A DNA stretch of 64,000 bases from Gammaproteobacteria bacterium. GTDB taxonomy: Bacteria > Pseudomonadota > Gammaproteobacteria > Arenicellales > UBA868. The stretch spans positions 23,648 to 87,647 of the forward strand of contig JAKUQS010000006.1 in assembly GCA_022451485.1 (NCBI GenBank). The letters run 5' to 3'. Below the pieces are notes generated by a model. That model did not search any database, was not told the DNA's origin, and worked only from the letters and a program-made list of their open reading frames with translations. Of the stretch, positions 44,707 to 55,583 are shown piece by piece (the first letter of the stretch is position 1; every line of letters begins with the position of its first letter). A program made the position numbers and the translations under genes.

Positions 44707-46521
44707 TTAGGGCCTAACATAGCCGTCGCCATCGTTAACTCCCACCTGCCCCCCGATATCACCTCCATGGTCAAATAAAGCAGTTCTATTGGGCGCATCT
44801 TCTCTCAGTTTATTAGTCGCCTCATGATCAACGGTTAAGGCGTCAGTTAACGCCACCCCATAATCTCGTAATGCACTCTCTCGAGAAATAAAGCCGTCCA
44901 GCGCGTCTAATCGAACAGACTCAATTGGGCGTTTAAAAGCATCACCCCAGCCCCCACCTCCTGCTGTCATGATTCGAATTAAATCTCCCTTTTTAAGTTT
45001 ATTCTGATCGCTCATAGGCCGAAGGATCCGTTCATCATCCTGACCGGGATTCACAATGGCGCGCCCCGGCCGACCTGCCTCACCACCCTTGATACCCCAT
45101 GCCGGGTGCTTCACATTGTCTAGACGCAGGCCTAGAACCGCTTCATCGCCAATGACTCTGACATCCCGAATGACACCCGCGCCCCCTCGATAGCGCCCTG
45201 GGCCGCCCGAATCCTGATGAATCCGATAGGCCTCGATCCTCACCCCAAATTCCATCTCAGCAAATTCGACCGGATAATTCTTTTGCGCCACAAAATACAC
45301 AGCATCGATACCATCCGACGACACTCGCGCGCCGAATCCCACACCAAGTCCTTCAATACACAATTCATAACCACCACGTAATCGATCGTAGCTACGCAGG
45401 TAATAGAGTACATATACGGGAGAGGCGGCCGAAACATCGCCACCAGTCGCACGCCCAAGAACACCTAACAGGGACCCCGTTACTCGCACCATGGTATGGG
45501 AACGCATCCCTACCGCAGCAGGATAAACGGGATTAACAATACTTCCCTCCCGGAGTTGCACGTCAGTTAGGGCCTGTTGAAAACCCGCGTTCATTTGAAT
45601 ATCCGGATTGTCTCCCGTGAGGATCAGCCCCAGCATATTCGCTGGCACACTTTGATCCATTTTAAAGTTAATCGCACCCTGCGCCTGGTCGGTCGATGCA
45701 GTGAAATCGAGAGAAACTTCCTCACCTTGTTTATCCAGGGTCAGACACACCGCATAACTCTGATCGTTGGTGCCATCCCCATCCATATAATCTGAAAATG
45801 AATATTGGCCATCCGGGACTCTCTGACAAAGTGCTGTCCGCAGAGCAACATTGGTCTGCTCCAGGAGTTCAGCAAACGCACCCTCCAGGGTCTCTACTCC
45901 AAACCGGTTCGCAATCTCTTCCAACCGCCGTTTTCCCAGTTGGCAACATGCCATGATCGCCTGAAGATCACCTCTAACCATGTCCGGAAACCGCGAGTTA
46001 CGCAAAAACATGCGCATGACTTCTTCGTTAAATTCTCCGGCCCGATAGATTCTGGTGGGCGGAACCAAGATGCCCTCATGAAATGTCGAAGTGGCATCAG
46101 GGGAGATGCTCCCAGGCATTAAACCGCCGATATCCCATAAATGCCCCCAGGCCTCAGCAAAACCAATTAACCTTGGTCCCACAAATACGGGTGCGACAAA
46201 AACCATATCAGGCAAATGCGAGACAGCTCCATTAGACCAATAAGGATCGTTATAAATATAGAGATCCTCATCGCGCATTTCCGGCTTCGGGTATTGCTCG
46301 AGAATGCAGTCGATTAGATTTCCTGCTAGTGGCACGCGCGTGCCCGATATAAGGCGGCCCTGTTGATCGAAAAATGCCGAAAAATAGTCTTTCTTTTCAC
46401 GAATAAACGGGGACATTGATGTCCGGTCAATCAACGCCTCCATTTCCGAACGTGCCGATTGCAATGCGCCCTTAATTAGTTCGACACGAACAGGATCAAG
46501 GTGCGCGGAACGATTAGTCAT
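44707..46521 (-). CDS. hyuB: Hydantoinase B/oxoprolinase family subunit (pair 5)
   Basis: LDPVRVELIKGALQSARSEMEALIDRTSMSPFIREKKD, NDPYWSNGAVSHLPDM and GGGGWGDA. ATG at 46521 overlaps the upstream hyuA stop by 8 nt (ATGACTAA). The track ORF extends to 46608. Confidence 0.8.
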   Translation of the reverse strand: MTNRSAHLDPVRVELIKGALQSARSEMEALIDRTSMSPFIREKKDYFSAFFDQQGRLISGTRVPLAGNLIDCILEQYPKPEMRDEDLYIYNDPYWSNGAVSHLPDMVFVAPVFVGPRLIGFAEAWGHLWDIGGLMPGSISPDATSTFHEGILVPPTRIYRAGEFNEEVMRMFLRNSRFPDMVRGDLQAIMACCQLGKRRLEEIANRFGVETLEGAFAELLEQTNVALRTALCQRVPDGQYSFSDYMDGDGTNDQSYAVCLTLDKQGEEVSLDFTASTDQAQGAINFKMDQSVPANMLGLILTGDNPDIQMNAGFQQALTDVQLREGSIVNPVYPAAVGMRSHTMVRVTGSLLGVLGRATGGDVSAASPVYVLYYLRSYDRLRGGYELCIEGLGVGFGARVSSDGIDAVYFVAQKNYPVEFAEMEFGVRIEAYRIHQDSGGPGRYRGGAGVIRDVRVIGDEAVLGLRLDNVKHPAWGIKGGEAGRPGRAIVNPGQDDERILRPMSDQNKLKKGDLIRIMTAGGGGWGDAFKRPIESVRLDALDGFISRESALRDYGVALTDALTVDHEATNKLREDAPNRTALFDHGGDIGGQVGVNDGDGYVRP

Positions 46522-48580
46522 TGTGAATCTCAATAGAAATCGATCCAAGTTGATCCACACTCGCCATATCGCCTGGAAAGATAACGGTCGTCGTGTCCAA
46601 TTGATCAATAATGGCCGGACCTTTCAGCTCATGCCCAGCCAATAGATCATCGCGGTTATAGACAGGGGTCGATTTGAAACCTCTATTGGAAAAATAAAGA
46701 TTTCGTTCGCCGGCGGATTTGGGCCGCGTGCCGTTAGATGGATTTAATAGGCTTAGATCAAATTTGTCGACTACACCTATCGCCTTTACTCGAAGATTCA
46801 CAATCTCTACTTCTGCTTGTCGATCACAGAATGTGTATAGCTGCTCGTGTAGGAGATGAAATTGTTCAATAAGTTGTGACACCGTATCAGACGTTACTGA
46901 TCGACCGGATAATGGAACCGTAATCTCGTATCCTTGTTTTGCATAACGTATATCAGCCGCATACTCTAATTGTCGTCGTGATTCCGCTACCCCTTCCTTC
47001 GCAAGACCTTCTATTGCCTGAAGGGCAAGCTCGCCGATAACCTGTTCCATCAACTTATAATCGTAGCCTGGGGCCCTCTGCAAACAGGTCCTGACATAAT
47101 CATTTTGAAGATCAGTCCCCAATAACCCTACTGCACATAAAATACCTGGCATAGCTGGAATCATAACGGTGCGCGTACCTAATTCTCTTGCTAGTGCGCA
47201 CGCATGCATCGGCCCGGCACCGCCAAACGCAATGAGTGCAAACTCACTCGGATCGTAACCTTTCTCCACCGACACAACTTTAAGCGCCCCCACCATATTA
47301 TTGTTGACGATGTCGAGGATTCCGGCGGCCGCCTGATGCAGATCCATACCTAGGGGTTCCGCTACATATTGCAAAATCGCCCTCTCTGCCCGGTCACGAC
47401 TTAACAATACTTCGCCACCCAGGAGATAGTCGGGAATTCTTCCGAGGATGAGATTTGCATCGGTGACCGTTGGCCGCTCACCCCCTTTCCCATAACAGGC
47501 GGGCCCTGGTTCAGCGCCTGCGCTTTCGGGGCCTACAGTAAGAACACGATGCTCATTCACACTGGCAACACTGCCGCCACCAGCTCCTATCGTATGGATG
47601 TCTACGGTTGGAATTTGCAGGGGGAACGGTCCCACCTCACTCTCGTTTGTCATTGCCGGTTGCCCGTCTCGAATTAAGCTCACATCGGCACTCGTTCCGC
47701 CAATATCGATAGTGATGGCATTGCGATGACCGCTGGATGTTGCCACTACCCCAGCCCCAATTACGCCCGCCGCTGGGCCCGACAAGGTCATATTGATGGC
47801 CTGGCTCGACGCCTGACGTGGCCCGAAAACGCCGCCATTCGATTTCATAATCAATAACGGTGCTTTAATCTTCCGTCGATCGAGTCCTTCAGACAATCCC
47901 CTAATATAGCGATCAACCTGGGGATGAATAAACGCATTGAGCACTGTCACCATGGCGCGCTCGTATTCTCTAAATACCGGCAATACCTGGCTGGATATTG
48001 AAACATGCACGTCGGGGAGAAATTCAGCTAACAGGGTCGCAGCCGTTTGTTCATTAATTCCGTTGGCGTACGAGTGAAGAAAGACCACCGCAACAGATTC
48101 AACACCCATTTCTCTAAATTGTTTGATCGCATCGAGTGTTCTGTCACGGTCTAATGAGCGTTCTACCGCTCCATCCAGAAGCACTCTCTCCGGCACCTCT
48201 AATATTCTCCGCGGCGGCACTGGACGTTTGGGTTTTACCCAGGTATAGAGATTTTCCTTACGTGGAATATCATGACGGCCGATTTCAAGCACATACTTGA
48301 ATCCGTCGGTGACCAACATCCCGGTTCTAGCGCCTTTTTGCTCTAGGATGGCATTGGTTGCAACTGTTGAACCGTGAAATACGCGTGCTACCGAATTGGG
48401 CTCAATGTCGGCAAGTCGTGTAACTTTATCTAAACCAACGAAAAAGCCGACAGACTGATCGGATGGCGTTGAAGGCGTCTTAGCAGCCCATCGCTCTCCC
48501 GTGCGGCCATCGATGAGAATCACATCGGTAAACGTCCCCCCGACGTCAATCGCCACAACAAATCTTGAATCGTCGGCCAC
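46514..48580 (-). CDS. hyuA: Hydantoinase/oxoprolinase A-type subunit (pair 5)
   Basis: FVVAIDVGGTFTDVILIDG, VFHGSTVATNAILEQKGARTGMLVTDGF and DIGGTSADVSLI. GTG at 48580 with AAGGGGG 7 nt upstream; the track start at 48583 is TTG. Confidence 0.85.
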   Translation of the reverse strand: MADDSRFVVAIDVGGTFTDVILIDGRTGERWAAKTPSTPSDQSVGFFVGLDKVTRLADIEPNSVARVFHGSTVATNAILEQKGARTGMLVTDGFKYVLEIGRHDIPRKENLYTWVKPKRPVPPRRILEVPERVLLDGAVERSLDRDRTLDAIKQFREMGVESVAVVFLHSYANGINEQTAATLLAEFLPDVHVSISSQVLPVFREYERAMVTVLNAFIHPQVDRYIRGLSEGLDRRKIKAPLLIMKSNGGVFGPRQASSQAINMTLSGPAAGVIGAGVVATSSGHRNAITIDIGGTSADVSLIRDGQPAMTNESEVGPFPLQIPTVDIHTIGAGGGSVASVNEHRVLTVGPESAGAEPGPACYGKGGERPTVTDANLILGRIPDYLLGGEVLLSRDRAERAILQYVAEPLGMDLHQAAAGILDIVNNNMVGALKVVSVEKGYDPSEFALIAFGGAGPMHACALARELGTRTVMIPAMPGILCAVGLLGTDLQNDYVRTCLQRAPGYDYKLMEQVIGELALQAIEGLAKEGVAESRRQLEYAADIRYAKQGYEITVPLSGRSVTSDTVSQLIEQFHLLHEQLYTFCDRQAEVEIVNLRVKAIGVVDKFDLSLLNPSNGTRPKSAGERNLYFSNRGFKSTPVYNRDDLLAGHELKGPAIIDQLDTTTVIFPGDMASVDQLGSISIEIHND

Positions 48581-48815
48581 CAAACAACCCCCTTTATCGA
48601 TTCAACTTCATTATTTACGTGATGTGCCTGCTTTTCCAAACCGTGTCCACAACCAACCCATCTGCCACCACCTAAAAGTAACCTGATCCCAGCTTCCGTT
48701 GCTTGCCTTTGCCTTCCCTCATTGATGACTTTTCCTCACAACAACTAAGTCAGTATCCGGACACCAGCAAGTCAAGGTGTCGGCTATAGAGCCATGGTAG
48801 ATTCTCCATAGGACA

Positions 48816-49676
48816 TCAATATGGTCGGCAACCACCGATCACACTCCGATAAAAAACGCGCCGCTCCCCCTCAGGAATAGACTCGCGTTTATGATTACAA
48901 CAACGATTATCCCAAATCAGAACATCACCTTGCGCCCAGCGGTGCGTGTAATAGAGATGGTCTTGATCAACATGCGCCTTCAATTCCAATAACAAATTGC
49001 TCGCTTCACTCTCATCACTAAGACCTTCAATCGTTTCCGAGTTAAGGCAGGATACCCACAAAATTTTCTTTCCCGTCGGTGGGTGTATTCTCACCAACGG
49101 ATGGGCCTGTGCCGTGCTGTCTTGCTCAGAGAACCATTGTTTACCGCCCCCCAAATCCCGGCGGCTGGTTTTTCCCGCGTAAAGGTTAAAAGCGCTGACC
49201 TTCAAATTTCGCAAACGACGCTTCATCGTGGGGTTTAATTCCGAGTAGGCCTGAATGAGATTAGACCATGAGGTATCGCCGCCACTATCAGGCACCTCCT
49301 CTGCACGCATGACAGCTCCGGCGAGTGGTGTCGGTAGATAAACACCATCCTGATGAGGTTCTATATAACCACCACCCAGGAGTCCGTCTTCAGTAACGTT
49401 TGAAATAGTAATGATGTCAGGTTGTGAGATATCACCAAGGATAGGCATTTCCGGATACGGAGCATGCCGCGGCCCAAACCATTGCGTAAACTCAAGTTGC
49501 CGCTCGTCGGTAATAGACTGGCCGCGAAAAAAAACAACATGATATCGCTCCCACGCTCTGATGATTCGATGTATAAGTTCCCCCGACAAAGGTTGTGCCA
49601 GATCTACGCCCCGCACTTCAGCGCCCAAAGCCTGATCACTCGGAACTATTTCAAAATCCTGTATTCGATTAACCAA
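48816..49676 (-). CDS. TauD/TfdA-family Fe(II)/2-oxoglutarate-dependent dioxygenase
   Basis: 286 aa. HQDGVY (H-x-D), DTSWSN and distal H...R motifs in TauD-like spacing. Confidence 0.6.
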   Translation of the reverse strand: MVNRIQDFEIVPSDQALGAEVRGVDLAQPLSGELIHRIIRAWERYHVVFFRGQSITDERQLEFTQWFGPRHAPYPEMPILGDISQPDIITISNVTEDGLLGGGYIEPHQDGVYLPTPLAGAVMRAEEVPDSGGDTSWSNLIQAYSELNPTMKRRLRNLKVSAFNLYAGKTSRRDLGGGKQWFSEQDSTAQAHPLVRIHPPTGKKILWVSCLNSETIEGLSDESEASNLLLELKAHVDQDHLYYTHRWAQGDVLIWDNRCCNHKRESIPEGERRVFYRSVIGGCRPY

Positions 49677-49685
49677 AGCATTCCC

Positions 49686-50465
49686 CTATGAAGGTGTACC
49701 ATTGACAGCAATGATCTGACCCGTAATAAAAGCTGCGTACTCACTGGCGAGAAACATCACTGCATGGGCGACCTCTTCTGGCGTTCCCAAACGTCTCAGC
49801 GCGATGCTTTCCTTTAAAGCGATTTGACCCTCCGAGCCATATCCTTCCCATTGCCGAATATAATCCGGACTCGTAGGCATAAAGCCTGGGGCCACAGAAT
49901 TTATTCGAATGCCAAATGGCCCAACTTCGTGCGCGAGCTGCCGGACTAATCCAATCTGGCCCGCCTTTGACGCTGCATAACTCTGAATACCTGTGCGGCT
50001 AACTCGAAACCCGGCCCCACTGGAAATCACTACTATAGCCCCGGTTCCAGCAAGTTTCATTGATGGCAACACCGCTTTCACGGTGTTGAAGACTCCTGTC
50101 ACATTAGCATCAACAATTGCGCGCCATTCATGCTGACTGACTTGCTCGATTGGCTTTGCCTCTTGCCCAACAATTCCTCCCGCAGCGCAAATCACTATAT
50201 CGATCGATTGTCCGGAGCGTGAATCTTCTATACCTGCTACCAGAGACTCAACCTGCGCTACATCGGTAATATCGGCGCAGTACGTCTCCACGGTTCCGCC
50301 CCGCCCACATTGAACAAGGCCTTTTAATTTCTCCAGCTCAATATCAAGGATATCCGTGGCATGAACCTGGGCACCACGTTGGGCAAAGGATTCGCTCAAT
50401 GCGTATCCCAGCCCGCGTGCTGCCCCGGTAACCAAAACAGATTTATTTAAAAATTCGATATTCAT
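49686..50465 (-). CDS. SDR family oxidoreductase
   Basis: VLVTGAARGLGYAL glycine motif, NAG-like and YxxxK regions. Preferred ATG at 50465 (MNIEF). Confidence 0.75.
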   Translation of the reverse strand: MNIEFLNKSVLVTGAARGLGYALSESFAQRGAQVHATDILDIELEKLKGLVQCGRGGTVETYCADITDVAQVESLVAGIEDSRSGQSIDIVICAAGGIVGQEAKPIEQVSQHEWRAIVDANVTGVFNTVKAVLPSMKLAGTGAIVVISSGAGFRVSRTGIQSYAASKAGQIGLVRQLAHEVGPFGIRINSVAPGFMPTSPDYIRQWEGYGSEGQIALKESIALRRLGTPEEVAHAVMFLASEYAAFITGQIIAVNGTPS

Positions 50466-50648
50466 TGCCGAACTTAGCAGCCAACCAATTGGTCGATGAA
50501 TATCGTACACAATCACCCATCTTTAAACACGATCACACAGGGTTTCTAGGGGAATAACCAGCTAGTGTGCGACAGTCAACGCGGGGCTCGCTCGTATTCG
50601 CTATGATAACAGCGATCCATGTAACCTGAGCCTCGGAACTCATTAATC

Positions 50649-52850
50649 ATGTTAGCCATTACCGGTTACGCAAACCGCTTATCAATACGTCCAGGAGAAA
50701 CACTTGAGATCAAAGTGTCCAGTCAAAGTGTTCATCCCTATCAGGCGCAACTTACTCGCGTCGTCTGTGCCGATCCTAATCCGGCCGGCCCTGGTTGGCA
50801 GGAAATACCCATTGACGACCCAATCAACACAACCTATCCCTCCCGAGTCCAACCACATCACTTGGGCTCCTACATGTTTGCCGATGCCGGGGAGGCGCCT
50901 CCGCTTTCAAAAGGGGCTATTACCCTCACCGCATTGATGTACCCAACCACCCCCGTCCGCGGTGTTCAGGGTGTAATGGATATTGGGCCATTATCTTTAG
51001 CCATCGACAAACAAGGTTACCTCTGCGCAACACTCGATAAATCGACTGTATTCACTCTTACAGAGGTGAGACCGCTCTTTGAACGTCACTGGTATCAAAT
51101 TTTTTGTTGCTGGAACTGGGCCGCTGGGATGATCACTTTAGGATGCATACCACAGTCAACTGTTGAGAAAAGAGGCGTCCTTCAAAAAGAGTTTGAATGC
51201 CCACGCGCTACGCGCACCCCTGACATCAAAAACGTATCAATCGCCTGCCTGTTGAATCCAAACCCAAACGCATTCTTTAATGGAAAAATTGAAGGTGTCT
51301 GTATTTACAACAATGCACTCGACCTATCACACGTATCTACCCCAGAGCTTTCGAGAACGCATCCCGACCTCTATGCCGCTTGGGATTTTTCCCTGGGAAT
51401 AGGCACTGACGCAACTACTGATATCGGTCCGAACCAGCTCCACGGGACTCTCCACAACGTTCCCACGCGGGCTGTGACAGGTAGCAACTGGAGCGGCAAC
51501 GAAATGTGCTGGCGCCACGCGCGGGACGAATATGCCGCAATCCATTTTCACGATGACGACGCTGGTGATTTTAAGTGGGAGACCGATTTTGTATTTACTG
51601 TTCCGGAAAATCTTCAATCCGGTTTTTATTCAATCAATCTAACGAATAAGGATGGTAAAGACGCCATACCCTTTTATGTTTGTCCACCAAAAGGTACTCG
51701 ACAAGCAGACATTTGCGTTGTTATTCCAACCTTCACTTACGTTGTCTACGGCAATTACGTTCGCTTTGACTATGGAGAAGCCTGGGAACGACGAGCGACG
51801 GATTGGGGTGCCTATCCTCACAGCCCCGGTGCTCATCCAGAATACGGCTTATCCACCTACAACCACCACAGCGACCGAAGCGGAGTGAGTTATTCGTCGC
51901 GGCTGCGGCCTTTACTGAATCTTCGCCCGGGTTACTTAATATTCCCACACGATACGGGATCAGGGCTACGACACGTTCAAGCCGATACACACCTGTTAGC
52001 GTGGCTAGAGCATTTCGGTTATTCCTACGACATCATTACGGATGAAGAACTTCATTGTGAAGGGGTAGCGGCTATTCAGAACTACCCCGTCGTACTAACC
52101 GGAACTCATCCCGAATACCACACGTTAGAAAGCTGGCAAGCGTTCGCCGATTACAAAGAATCCGGTGGCCGCCTATGTTACCTAGGAGGAAACGGCTTCT
52201 ACTGGCGTATTGCCGTGCATCAAGAGACACCTGGAATACTGGAAATTCGAAGGGCGGAAAGCGGCATACGAGTCTGGGCCAGTGAGCCAGGGGAGTACTA
52301 CAATGCTTTCGATGGACAGTATGGCGGACTGTGGACTCGTAATGGTCGACCACCTCAACAGCTGGTTGGGGTAGGGTTTACGAGCCAGGGCAACTTTGTG
52401 GGATCGTATTATAGAAAAACTGCTAACGCGACTAATCCGCGCGCATCGTGGATATTCGAAGGGATTGACGACGATATCTTAGGAGATTTTGGTCTCAGCG
52501 GTGGAGGTGCTGCCGGTTTCGAAGTCGATAGGGCCGAACCGCGATTTGGGACGCCAGCAAACGCGCTCATCCTTGCAAGTTCTGAGGGTCATAGTGATTT
52601 CTTTATGGCGGTGCCAGAGGAAATGATGACGCCACTTGCCAATCTCGCCGATGCACCAATGGATCAGTTGATTCGTTCCGATATGGTTTTTTTCGAAACC
52701 CCTTCCGGTGGCGCGGTCTTCTCAGTCGGCTCGATCACATTCTGTGGCAGCCTTCCCCATGATAAGTTTGACAACAATATATCGACTTTGCTGCGAAATG
52801 TAATAAACCGTTTTGTTGAACCCGATCCTTTTAGTTATCCCCTTTCATAG
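50649..52850 (+). CDS. Large amidase-like protein, possibly related to N,N-dimethylformamidase large (beta) subunit family
   Basis: 733 aa, no signal peptide. Central and C-terminal regions (VVLTGTHPEYHTLESWQAFADYKESGGRLCYLGGNGFYWRI) resemble the class-I glutamine-amidotransferase-like domain found in DMFase large subunit homologs. Family assignment is tentative. Confidence 0.35.
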   Translation: MLAITGYANRLSIRPGETLEIKVSSQSVHPYQAQLTRVVCADPNPAGPGWQEIPIDDPINTTYPSRVQPHHLGSYMFADAGEAPPLSKGAITLTALMYPTTPVRGVQGVMDIGPLSLAIDKQGYLCATLDKSTVFTLTEVRPLFERHWYQIFCCWNWAAGMITLGCIPQSTVEKRGVLQKEFECPRATRTPDIKNVSIACLLNPNPNAFFNGKIEGVCIYNNALDLSHVSTPELSRTHPDLYAAWDFSLGIGTDATTDIGPNQLHGTLHNVPTRAVTGSNWSGNEMCWRHARDEYAAIHFHDDDAGDFKWETDFVFTVPENLQSGFYSINLTNKDGKDAIPFYVCPPKGTRQADICVVIPTFTYVVYGNYVRFDYGEAWERRATDWGAYPHSPGAHPEYGLSTYNHHSDRSGVSYSSRLRPLLNLRPGYLIFPHDTGSGLRHVQADTHLLAWLEHFGYSYDIITDEELHCEGVAAIQNYPVVLTGTHPEYHTLESWQAFADYKESGGRLCYLGGNGFYWRIAVHQETPGILEIRRAESGIRVWASEPGEYYNAFDGQYGGLWTRNGRPPQQLVGVGFTSQGNFVGSYYRKTANATNPRASWIFEGIDDDILGDFGLSGGGAAGFEVDRAEPRFGTPANALILASSEGHSDFFMAVPEEMMTPLANLADAPMDQLIRSDMVFFETPSGGAVFSVGSITFCGSLPHDKFDNNISTLLRNVINRFVEPDPFSYPLS

Positions 52851-52891
52851 TCTTCACCAGCTCACCACTCTCAGAAAATCACAGCATTATC

Positions 52892-54376
52892 ATGTCAAAA
52901 ATTGCCATCGGTGGGTTTTTGCACGAAACAAATTGTTTCGTGCCGATGAAAACAGACTATGCATACTACGCAACTGGAGGAGAATTCCCCCCTTTAGCCC
53001 ACGGACAAGAACTAATTGAACGAACAAAGGGTGCATCGTTCGGCATGTCAGGCTTTTTGGACACTATCTCCCCCTCTCACCAGCTCGAACCGTTACTGTG
53101 GGGACACGCCGGCGCCGGTGGATATATCACAGACGAATGTTTTGAACGAATCACAGGTGAACTGATAGGTCGTTTATCCGGCTTGATGCCCGTCGATGCC
53201 GTTTACCTAGACCTTCATGGCGCAATGTGCAGTGAAACCTTTCCCGATGCGGAAGGTGAATTACTGAGGCGTGTGCGTGCCAGCGTTGGGGCTTCAACGC
53301 CTATCGTAGTCAGTCTGGATTACCACGCGAACATAACCAGTCAGATGGTTGAATGTACTGATGGAATGGCCGTGTACCTTACTTATCCGCATATCGATCG
53401 ACAACACACCGGCGCACGGGCTGCCAGAATTCTTATGCGGGTACTTGAAGAGGGACTACCAGGCCACCGACTATTACGGCGCATACCATTTCTTCTGCCC
53501 CTTAACTTCCAATGTACCTTAGTTGATCCGTCGAAACGAATTGTCGACACAAGCGTGGATGGCGAGGGTGGTTTAATCCTCAACCTTTGTTACGCAGCCG
53601 GTTTCCCACCATCGGATCTAAACGAGTGTGGGCCAGCGGTGGTATGCCATGGCTACTCTGCCGAGGCTACCCTCGCTGCAATCGACCAATTAAACAATCT
53701 GGTTCTTGAGGAAGAGGCAACGTTTGCGGAACCCCTAATGACTCCAGACGAAGCCGTGACTGAAGCCATCATTACCAGTCGAAGCTCGAATCGGCCCGTC
53801 ATCATCGCAGACACTCAAGACAACCCCGGCTGCGGAGGCACCGGCGATACGACCGGCCTCTTGGAAGCCCTCGTACGCCATGATGCTACCGATGCGGTTC
53901 TCTGCGTCTTCACCGATGCTGAAGCTGCTTCCTCAGCACATCAGTCGGGTATCGGGGCACAGTTGAAGATGACCATCGGCGCAAAACATAACCTCCCCGG
54001 CGTGGAGCCATTTAGCGCTACGTTCGAGATCACGCATCTCAGTGACGGGATATTTACCACTACAGGGCGGAGCATCCCCGGCCGCAACATCAATCTTGGG
54101 CCCTGTGCGGTTTTGAAGATTGGGGGAGTATCCGTGTTTGTCTCAAGCAAAAGAATGCAAGCCTATGATCAGGATATCCTTCGTCATATTGGGATTGACC
54201 CAACGAAGCAAAAAATTCTCGCCCTGAAAAGCACCTGTCACTTTAGAGCTGATTTCGATCAGATCGCGGAGAAAACGTTAATTGCCATCGCGCCAGGGGC
54301 GCATATCGTCGATCCAAGAACATATCCCTACCGTCATCTTCGCAGTGACGTCAAACTACTTCCTGGTTCCGGTTAA
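52892..54376 (+). CDS. M81 family metallopeptidase (MlrC / microcystinase C-like)
   Basis: MSKIAIGGFLHETNCF N-terminus (DUF1485-like) and C-terminal DUF1446-like region, the typical two-domain MlrC architecture. Confidence 0.65.
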   Translation: MSKIAIGGFLHETNCFVPMKTDYAYYATGGEFPPLAHGQELIERTKGASFGMSGFLDTISPSHQLEPLLWGHAGAGGYITDECFERITGELIGRLSGLMPVDAVYLDLHGAMCSETFPDAEGELLRRVRASVGASTPIVVSLDYHANITSQMVECTDGMAVYLTYPHIDRQHTGARAARILMRVLEEGLPGHRLLRRIPFLLPLNFQCTLVDPSKRIVDTSVDGEGGLILNLCYAAGFPPSDLNECGPAVVCHGYSAEATLAAIDQLNNLVLEEEATFAEPLMTPDEAVTEAIITSRSSNRPVIIADTQDNPGCGGTGDTTGLLEALVRHDATDAVLCVFTDAEAASSAHQSGIGAQLKMTIGAKHNLPGVEPFSATFEITHLSDGIFTTTGRSIPGRNINLGPCAVLKIGGVSVFVSSKRMQAYDQDILRHIGIDPTKQKILALKSTCHFRADFDQIAEKTLIAIAPGAHIVDPRTYPYRHLRSDVKLLPGSG

Positions 54377-54389
54377 AGGGGCACGACGG

Positions 54390-55550
54390 TTAGTCGACCC
54401 GCTTAATTCCCAGCTTCTCTCGCTTCTCTAACCACCACTCCCACGACGGCGGCCAGTCCTTCCACTTCGTCTCGCACTCAAGCGTACGCGCAGCATGAAG
54501 AACCCAGTGTGGGTCGTAGAGTAACTCTCTGCCCATAGCGATCAAGTCGGCTCGCCCATCTTGCAGTATCTTTTCCGCAAACTCAGGCCGTGTGATCAAA
54601 CCAACAGCGATGGTCGGAATAGGAACCGTGTTCCGCAAATGCTCCGAATACGGGACCTGATAACCCTCTTCTAGAGATTTTCCCTCTTTTTCAAGGCGTG
54701 CCAACGAGTTTGCCGCACCAACACCACGAGACGAACAATCAACAATGTCCACGCCTCGGGATTTCAATTCTCGAACAAGATTCACCGAATCCTCGAGATC
54801 CCAACCCCCATCCACAGCATCGATACTAGAGATTCGAAAACTCAACGGAAACTGCTCAGGCCAATTTGCGCGAACTGACTCGGCCACCTCCAGTGCAAAC
54901 CGCATGCGTCCCGAGCGATCTCCTCCGTAAGCATCGGTACGTCGATTACTGATGGGAGAATAAAACGAATGAATCAAGTACCCGTGCGCTGCATGAATCT
55001 CAAGAAATCGAAACCCGCTAAGCGCTAGTCGAGCTACTCCTTTTCCGAAATCATCGACCAGCTGATGAATTTCGGCTGCCGAAAGCGCATGCGGAGTGTG
55101 ATAGCCCTCGACATTCGCTTCATCCATTGGCCCTGCAGGCTGCCATGGTGGTTCTCCCCGGGCAGCGTCGCTCTCCCCCAATGGCTGCAACCCATCAAAC
55201 GGCCGCTGCCGAGCAGCTTTAGTTCCCGCATGACCCATCTGAGCCGCAGGGACCGCGCCAGTTTCCTCTATAAATTTTGCGATGCGAGTTAAGGCCGGCA
55301 CCTGTGAATCATCCCAGATACCGAGATCCCAATGCGTGTTTCGCCCCCTCGGCTCCGGCGGAAGCACTTCCGTAAACACGCAGCCGACGCCGGCGACCGC
55401 ATACTTAGCGAGGTGCTGGAAATGCCATTCTGTGGCAATACCGTCATCACCAGCGAGATACATCTGCATTGGCGACAAAACAATTCTGTTGCGAAATGAA
55501 ACACTGCGAAGCTCATACGGCGAAAACAACAATGACTTGCGGCTTCCCAC
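54390..55550 (-). CDS. Old Yellow Enzyme family NADH:flavin oxidoreductase
   Basis: RNRIVLSPMQMY, the HAAHGYLIHSFYSPISNRRTD motif and GVDIVDCSS. Convergent with the MlrC gene (13-nt gap). Confidence 0.8.
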   Translation of the reverse strand: MGSRKSLLFSPYELRSVSFRNRIVLSPMQMYLAGDDGIATEWHFQHLAKYAVAGVGCVFTEVLPPEPRGRNTHWDLGIWDDSQVPALTRIAKFIEETGAVPAAQMGHAGTKAARQRPFDGLQPLGESDAARGEPPWQPAGPMDEANVEGYHTPHALSAAEIHQLVDDFGKGVARLALSGFRFLEIHAAHGYLIHSFYSPISNRRTDAYGGDRSGRMRFALEVAESVRANWPEQFPLSFRISSIDAVDGGWDLEDSVNLVRELKSRGVDIVDCSSRGVGAANSLARLEKEGKSLEEGYQVPYSEHLRNTVPIPTIAVGLITRPEFAEKILQDGRADLIAMGRELLYDPHWVLHAARTLECETKWKDWPPSWEWWLEKREKLGIKRVD

Positions 55551-55583
55551 GCTACGATCGTCGATGCAAACCAGTAAAATCAG